Below, piece after piece: positions 59,995-64,000 of a stretch of 64,000 bases of DNA. How positions within the stretch are numbered: position 1 is the first letter of the stretch; each line of letters opens with the position of its first letter. The notes under the pieces were generated by a model that saw only the letters and a list, made by a program, of their open reading frames with translations, did not search any database and was not told the DNA's origin. The stretch spans positions 2,880,001 to 2,944,000 of the forward strand of contig OZ253442.1 in NCBI GenBank assembly GCA_965261085.1, written 5' to 3'. Source of the stretch: a bacterium. Lineage in GTDB: Bacteria > UBA8248. The translations under genes and the position numbers were made by a program.

Positions 59995-60933
59995 CTAGCG
60001 CGCTTCGCTCAAGTACCTGTCTCCCCCGTCGGGAAACAGGGTGACGATGACGCCCTTTCCTATCCGCTTCGCCACCTCCCGCACGCCCACGAGCGCAGCC
60101 CCCGCCGAGTGGCCGATGAAAAGGCCCTCTTCTTTCGCTATGCGCTCGGCCAGGTCGTAGCTCTCCTCGGTGTCCGCCAGAATCAGGTGATCGTGCACGC
60201 TCTCATCGTAAATCCCCGGGCGAATGGCCGTGGGGATGTGCTTCATGCCCTCCAGGCCGTGAAACGATTCTGAGGGCATGACGGCATGAACCTGAACGTC
60301 TGGCTTCCTCGCCTGGAGGCCGCGCCCCGTCCCCACGAGGGTGCCCGTCGTGCCGAGGCCCGCTACGAAGTGCTCCACGCGCCCGTCGGTCTGCTCCAGA
60401 ATCTCGACCGCCGTGGTCTCCACGTGGGCGAGCGGGTTGGCGGGGTTGTCGTACTGACAGGGCAGGAAATATTTTTCCGGCTCGTCGCGGCGCATCTTCG
60501 CCGCGAGGCGCTGCGCCCCGTCCGAACCCTCCAGGGGGTCCGAGAGAACGATGTCGGCCCCGTAGCCCTTGAGCGTCGCCTTGCGCTCATCGCTCGCGTT
60601 CGCAGGCAGGACGAGGCGGACGGGAATCCCGAGCGCAGCGCCGATCATGGCGTAGGCGATGCCGGTGTTCCCGCTCGTGGAATCGAGAAGAATTTTCCCG
60701 GGGCGCAAATCTCCCGATTCCAGGCCGTCCTTCACCATGAAGAGCGCGGGCCTGTCCTTCACCGAACCGCCCGGATTGAACCACTCCGCCTTGGCGTAGA
60801 CTTCCACGTCCGGGAATTCGCTCTCGAACAACTTGATTTCGAGCAAGGGGGTGTTGCCGATGCACCTGATGATTGAGGAATCCCCTAAATTCCTGAACGC
60901 GCTCGCGGGATTCTCCACCGTCGATTCGACCAT
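59995..60933 (-). CDS. cysM: Cysteine synthase (CysM-like)
   Basis: IGNTPL, KAEWFNPGGSVKDRPA, TSGNTG, QYDNPAN, GLGTTGT, PDGGDRYLS. Confidence 0.88.
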   Translation of the reverse strand: MVESTVENPASAFRNLGDSSIIRCIGNTPLLEIKLFESEFPDVEVYAKAEWFNPGGSVKDRPALFMVKDGLESGDLRPGKILLDSTSGNTGIAYAMIGAALGIPVRLVLPANASDERKATLKGYGADIVLSDPLEGSDGAQRLAAKMRRDEPEKYFLPCQYDNPANPLAHVETTAVEILEQTDGRVEHFVAGLGTTGTLVGTGRGLQARKPDVQVHAVMPSESFHGLEGMKHIPTAIRPGIYDESVHDHLILADTEESYDLAERIAKEEGLFIGHSAGAALVGVREVAKRIGKGVIVTLFPDGGDRYLSEAR

Positions 60934-60966
60934 TGATATGGCCCTCGCACTTGGTTCCTGAAAATT

Positions 60967-61626
60967 TCAGGAAAGGTTCGCACGCGCTTCGATGAAGCCA
61001 TGCGAAAGATCGAAACGGGCCTGCGAAGTCGACCCCACCGTATCCATTCCATCCACAAGATACCGTAATACCCTGGCGGCCAGCCATGCGCCCAAAGCTC
61101 CCTGAGTCGCCATCGATGGCGAATCCCCTCCAGTAGAGGTTACGCCCGGCTTCCCGAAAACACCGGGGCCTTCGAGAATTTCACCCGCCTCATCACGGCT
61201 CGCGCCTCGTATGACGAATTTCCCCGTAGATTTGAGAGCCTCGTAATCTCTCGTGGACTCATCGCCCAGCCGGACGAGGACATCGAAATCCTCCCCCACT
61301 CCCTCGCCCGGTCGACAGGAAACCAGCCTGGAATCGGGATTGAGGCTCCTTAAGCCATCCCCCAGAGAAATACCTAAAAACGAGGAGAGCGGAGATTCTC
61401 CCCCCTGCCCGTCTCCCCCGCCGGCTTCATCTAACGGACACCAGCCGATGCGGCCCACGCCCGCAGCGGAAAGATAGGTCAGGGCCACGAGGGCGGCGTT
61501 CTCCTCACTCTTAGAAAACGCGAGGAGGACGGAGGACGCGAGCAGGCGCTCCTGCCCGACACCTCCCACGCCTGGGAGAAGAATGTGGCGGCTGTAGCGC
61601 TGAATCTGCTCTTCGCTCAAGCCCAA
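60967..61626 (-). CDS. Degenerate MoeB/ThiF-like protein (inactive adenylation domain)
   Basis: Keeps QRYSRHILLPGVGGVGQERLL, YLSAAGVGRIG, LNPD, GALGAWLA; lacks GxGxxG, NLxRQ and both CxxC. Confidence 0.75.
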   Translation of the reverse strand: MGLSEEQIQRYSRHILLPGVGGVGQERLLASSVLLAFSKSEENAALVALTYLSAAGVGRIGWCPLDEAGGGDGQGGESPLSSFLGISLGDGLRSLNPDSRLVSCRPGEGVGEDFDVLVRLGDESTRDYEALKSTGKFVIRGASRDEAGEILEGPGVFGKPGVTSTGGDSPSMATQGALGAWLAARVLRYLVDGMDTVGSTSQARFDLSHGFIEARANLS

Positions 61627-61657
61627 GGAGCGGTTCTCCTCTCAGCAGGACCGGGGA

Positions 61658-61939
61658 TCAGTACAGGCCGCCCGCGATGGCCGGCACGATGGAGACCTCA
61701 TCCCCATCGCTCACCGCCGTCCCCTCGCCTTGCAGGAAGCGGATGTCCTCCTGGTTGACATAAATGTTCACGAAGCGGCGCAGTTTGCCCTCCTCGTCAT
61801 ACAGGCGCTGGCCGATGCCCGCGAACTGGTTGTCGAGGTTTGCGAGCACTTCCTTGACGTCCGCGCCCGCGATCTCCACGGCGTCCTGCTGCTGGGTGAA
61901 CTCCTGTAAAGGTGTCGGAATACGAACCGTTACCGCCAT
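61658..61939 (-). CDS. MoaD/ThiS ubiquitin-like sulfur carrier (CysO-like) with C-terminal GG-LY extension
   Basis: MAVTVRIPTPL, RRFVNIYVNQEDIRFL, DGDEVSIVPAIAGG-LY-stop; AGGAG RBS. Confidence 0.92.
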   Translation of the reverse strand: MAVTVRIPTPLQEFTQQQDAVEIAGADVKEVLANLDNQFAGIGQRLYDEEGKLRRFVNIYVNQEDIRFLQGEGTAVSDGDEVSIVPAIAGGLY

Positions 61940-61991
61940 TTCTGTCTCCTGATCTGAAACCCCTCGCTTCGGGGTGGACGAAATAAGGTTT

Positions 61992-62951
61992 CTAATGAAA
62001 TTGCTGCTCCAGACTATAATATCTCTCCCATCCATCGGGAATCACGACCACCACGTTTTTCTCAGGACCCATCCGGGCGGCCGCGCGCAGGGCCGCGCAA
62101 ACGGCTGCGCCCGCCGAGATGCCTGCGGCCATGCCCTCCTCCCGGCTCAGGGCCTTGCTCATGTCGTAGGCGTCTGAATCGCTCACCTGCGCCACCTCGT
62201 CAATAACCGCCCGGTTCAACACCGCAGGGATGAAACCCGCGCCGATTCCCTGTATCTGGTGCGGACCCGGCTCCCCGCCCGAGAGAACGGGGGATGCGGC
62301 GGGCTCCACGCCGACGATGAGGGTTTCGGGCCTTCTCTCCTTCAAGACCTCGCCCACTCCCGTGATGGTGCCCCCCGTCCCCACGCCCGCCACGAAGGCG
62401 TCCACCGATTCCGCTCCCATATCGCGCAAAATCTCGCGCGCCGTGGTTCTGCGGTGGATTTCCGGGTTGGCCGGGTTGTTGAACTGCTGGGGCATGAAAT
62501 AGTCTGGATTTTCGGCCAATATGGCTTCCGCCATCACGAGGGAGCCGTACATGCCGCCCTCGCTCGAACTGAAGACCACCTCCGCCCCGTAGCCCGTGAG
62601 CAGAGAGTGCCGCTCGTGGCTCATGCTCTTACTGAGCACGATGATGGTCCTGTAGCCGCGAATGGCGCCGATGAGCGCCAAGCCTATCCCCGTGTTGCCG
62701 CTGGTGGGTTCGATGATCGTTCCGCCGGGCTTTAAGAGTCCACGCCGCTCGCCGTCGAGCACCATGCTGAGCGCGATGCGGTCCTTCACGCTTCCGCCGG
62801 GATTATATTGCTCGAGCTTGGCGAACACGCGCGCGCCGGATGCGTCGGGCAGGCGTTGCAGTTGGACGAGGCTCGTGCCCCCGATGCGATCGATGAGCGA
62901 GGGAAGCGCTCTCAGAATCTGGGGCGGACGACCCCGTGTGCCCAATGCCAT
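61992..62951 (-). CDS. cysK: Cysteine synthase A
   Basis: KLEQYNPGGSVKDRIA, EPTSGNTGIG, QQFNNPANP, GVGTGGT, HQIQGIGAGFIP. Confidence 0.92.
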   Translation of the reverse strand: MALGTRGRPPQILRALPSLIDRIGGTSLVQLQRLPDASGARVFAKLEQYNPGGSVKDRIALSMVLDGERRGLLKPGGTIIEPTSGNTGIGLALIGAIRGYRTIIVLSKSMSHERHSLLTGYGAEVVFSSSEGGMYGSLVMAEAILAENPDYFMPQQFNNPANPEIHRRTTAREILRDMGAESVDAFVAGVGTGGTITGVGEVLKERRPETLIVGVEPAASPVLSGGEPGPHQIQGIGAGFIPAVLNRAVIDEVAQVSDSDAYDMSKALSREEGMAAGISAGAAVCAALRAAARMGPEKNVVVVIPDGWERYYSLEQQFH

Positions 62952-63003
62952 GAGAGTACCCTTCCAAATCTTTTTATATGGACCCAGCCGAGCGTGAGAC
63001 TAT

Positions 63004-63030
63004 AATTCCTAAACAAAATTGTCAAGAATT
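63004..63030 (-). promoter_or_regulatory. Putative Rrf2-type operator upstream of the cysK operon
   Basis: Imperfect palindrome AATTCCTAAACAAAATTGTCAAGAATT containing a minus-strand TTGACA. Confidence 0.5.
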
Positions 63031-63158
63031 CCCCATTAAAGAGTTTTTCCGTTTCTTCTCATCTTCGAAATGCTCTTGGCATACTCCCAATATATTCTCG
63101 GTGTGCTACATTCTCATGGCGCATCGCCTTGTGATGTGACGTGAAAGGAGAAAGCGAC

Positions 63159-63980
63159 ATGGCTAAATCCGGGACGGTTCCCCCCATCGCCCTGACGATA
63201 GCGGGTTCGGACTCAAGCGGCGGGGCCGGGATTCAGGCCGATCTCAAGACTTTTAGCGCATTCGGCGTCTATGGCGCCTCGGTCATCACCGCGCTGACGG
63301 CGCAAAATACCGTGGGCGTTCAAGGAGTCCACGGCGCGCCGCCTGATTTCATCGCGGCGCAGTTCGATTCGGTATGTTCAGACTTAAACGTAGCAAGCGC
63401 CAAGATCGGCATGCTCGCCACGGTCGGCGTCATCGAGGTCGTGGCCGAGAAACTCAAAGCACACGCGCTCGCGCGCGTCGTGCTCGATCCGGTGATGGTC
63501 GCCAAAAGCGGCGATCGCCTCCTGGCGCCCGACGCCAGAGACGCACTCGTCGAAAAGCTCTTTCCGCTGGCCGACGTCGTCACCCCCAACACCGAAGAGG
63601 CGCGCGATATACTGGAGGTCCCCGAGATAGAGAACCTCGCGCAGATGAAGGACGCCGCCCGAGCCCTACATGAGCGCGGGGCGAAATGCGTCCTGCTCAA
63701 GGGAGGCCACATCACCGACGGGGCGGTGGATATTTTTTTCGACGGAGACAACGAGTTCGCACTGGAGGGTAGGCGCATCGACACCCCGCATACCCACGGC
63801 ACGGGATGCACGCTATCTTCGGCCATCGCGGCGGGGCTGGCCCTTGGGGAGTCCACCATCGAGGCCGTGAGAAAGGCGAAAGATTTCATTCAAGGCGCCA
63901 TCGAGAACGCGCTGGCCATTGGAAACGGAAGAGGCCCGCTTAACCACATGTACCGCCAACGCAAAGAGGAGTCCCGATGA
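63159..63980 (+). CDS. thiD: Hydroxymethylpyrimidine/phosphomethylpyrimidine kinase
   Basis: TIAGSDSSGGAGIQADLKT, TAQNTVGV, KIGML, DPVMVAKSG, TPNTEEA, KGGH, THGTGCTLSSA. Confidence 0.96.
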   Translation: MAKSGTVPPIALTIAGSDSSGGAGIQADLKTFSAFGVYGASVITALTAQNTVGVQGVHGAPPDFIAAQFDSVCSDLNVASAKIGMLATVGVIEVVAEKLKAHALARVVLDPVMVAKSGDRLLAPDARDALVEKLFPLADVVTPNTEEARDILEVPEIENLAQMKDAARALHERGAKCVLLKGGHITDGAVDIFFDGDNEFALEGRRIDTPHTHGTGCTLSSAIAAGLALGESTIEAVRKAKDFIQGAIENALAIGNGRGPLNHMYRQRKEESR

Positions 63981-64000
63981 ATCGCGAATTCTCGCGGATG

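Noticed and set aside
63000-63158. TPP riboswitch upstream of thiD
   Set aside because: No GCTGAGA...ACCTG...GCGTAGG core visible
63977-64000. Start of a following gene (MNREFSRM)
   Set aside because: Only 8 codons lie in the window, so no product can be assigned

Overview
GC-rich bacterial chromosome segment; the taxon cannot be determined from sequence alone. It is dense in solute transporters (ABC, TRAP, TAXI, MFS, DMT), flavin/NAD oxidoreductases and PLP enzymes, and carries one tRNA-Glu(CTC). I saw no integrase, transposase, CRISPR array or rRNA. Highlights: (1) A sulfur-carrier operon at 58.2-63.0 kb (cysK, ubiquitin-like ThiS/MoaD carrier ending GG-LY, MoeB-like A, cysM, JAB/Mec protease, MoeB-like B, Rrf2). 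Its two E1-like paralogues have complementary losses: one keeps only the RYSRH arginine finger, the other keeps the ATP, Zn and catalytic motifs but lacks the finger. This suggests a bacterial heterodimeric E1 like eukaryotic NAE/SAE. (2) An AhpD/CMD-family selenoprotein (CAYU plus a SECIS-like hairpin) missed by the ORF track and interrupted by a 1-nt frameshift. (3) A dispersed family of small hairpins with covarying 7-bp stems and a conserved 13-nt GA...GA loop; they occur singly and in tandem, and a MITE inserts into their loop. (4) A 170-bp ungapped AT-rich element present twice, 46 kb apart. (5) Lone AlbA_2/Schlafen-like and ADP-ribosyltransferase-like genes, the latter inside a block bracketed by a duplicated gene 3' end. 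All calls come from manual motif recognition; no database search was run.
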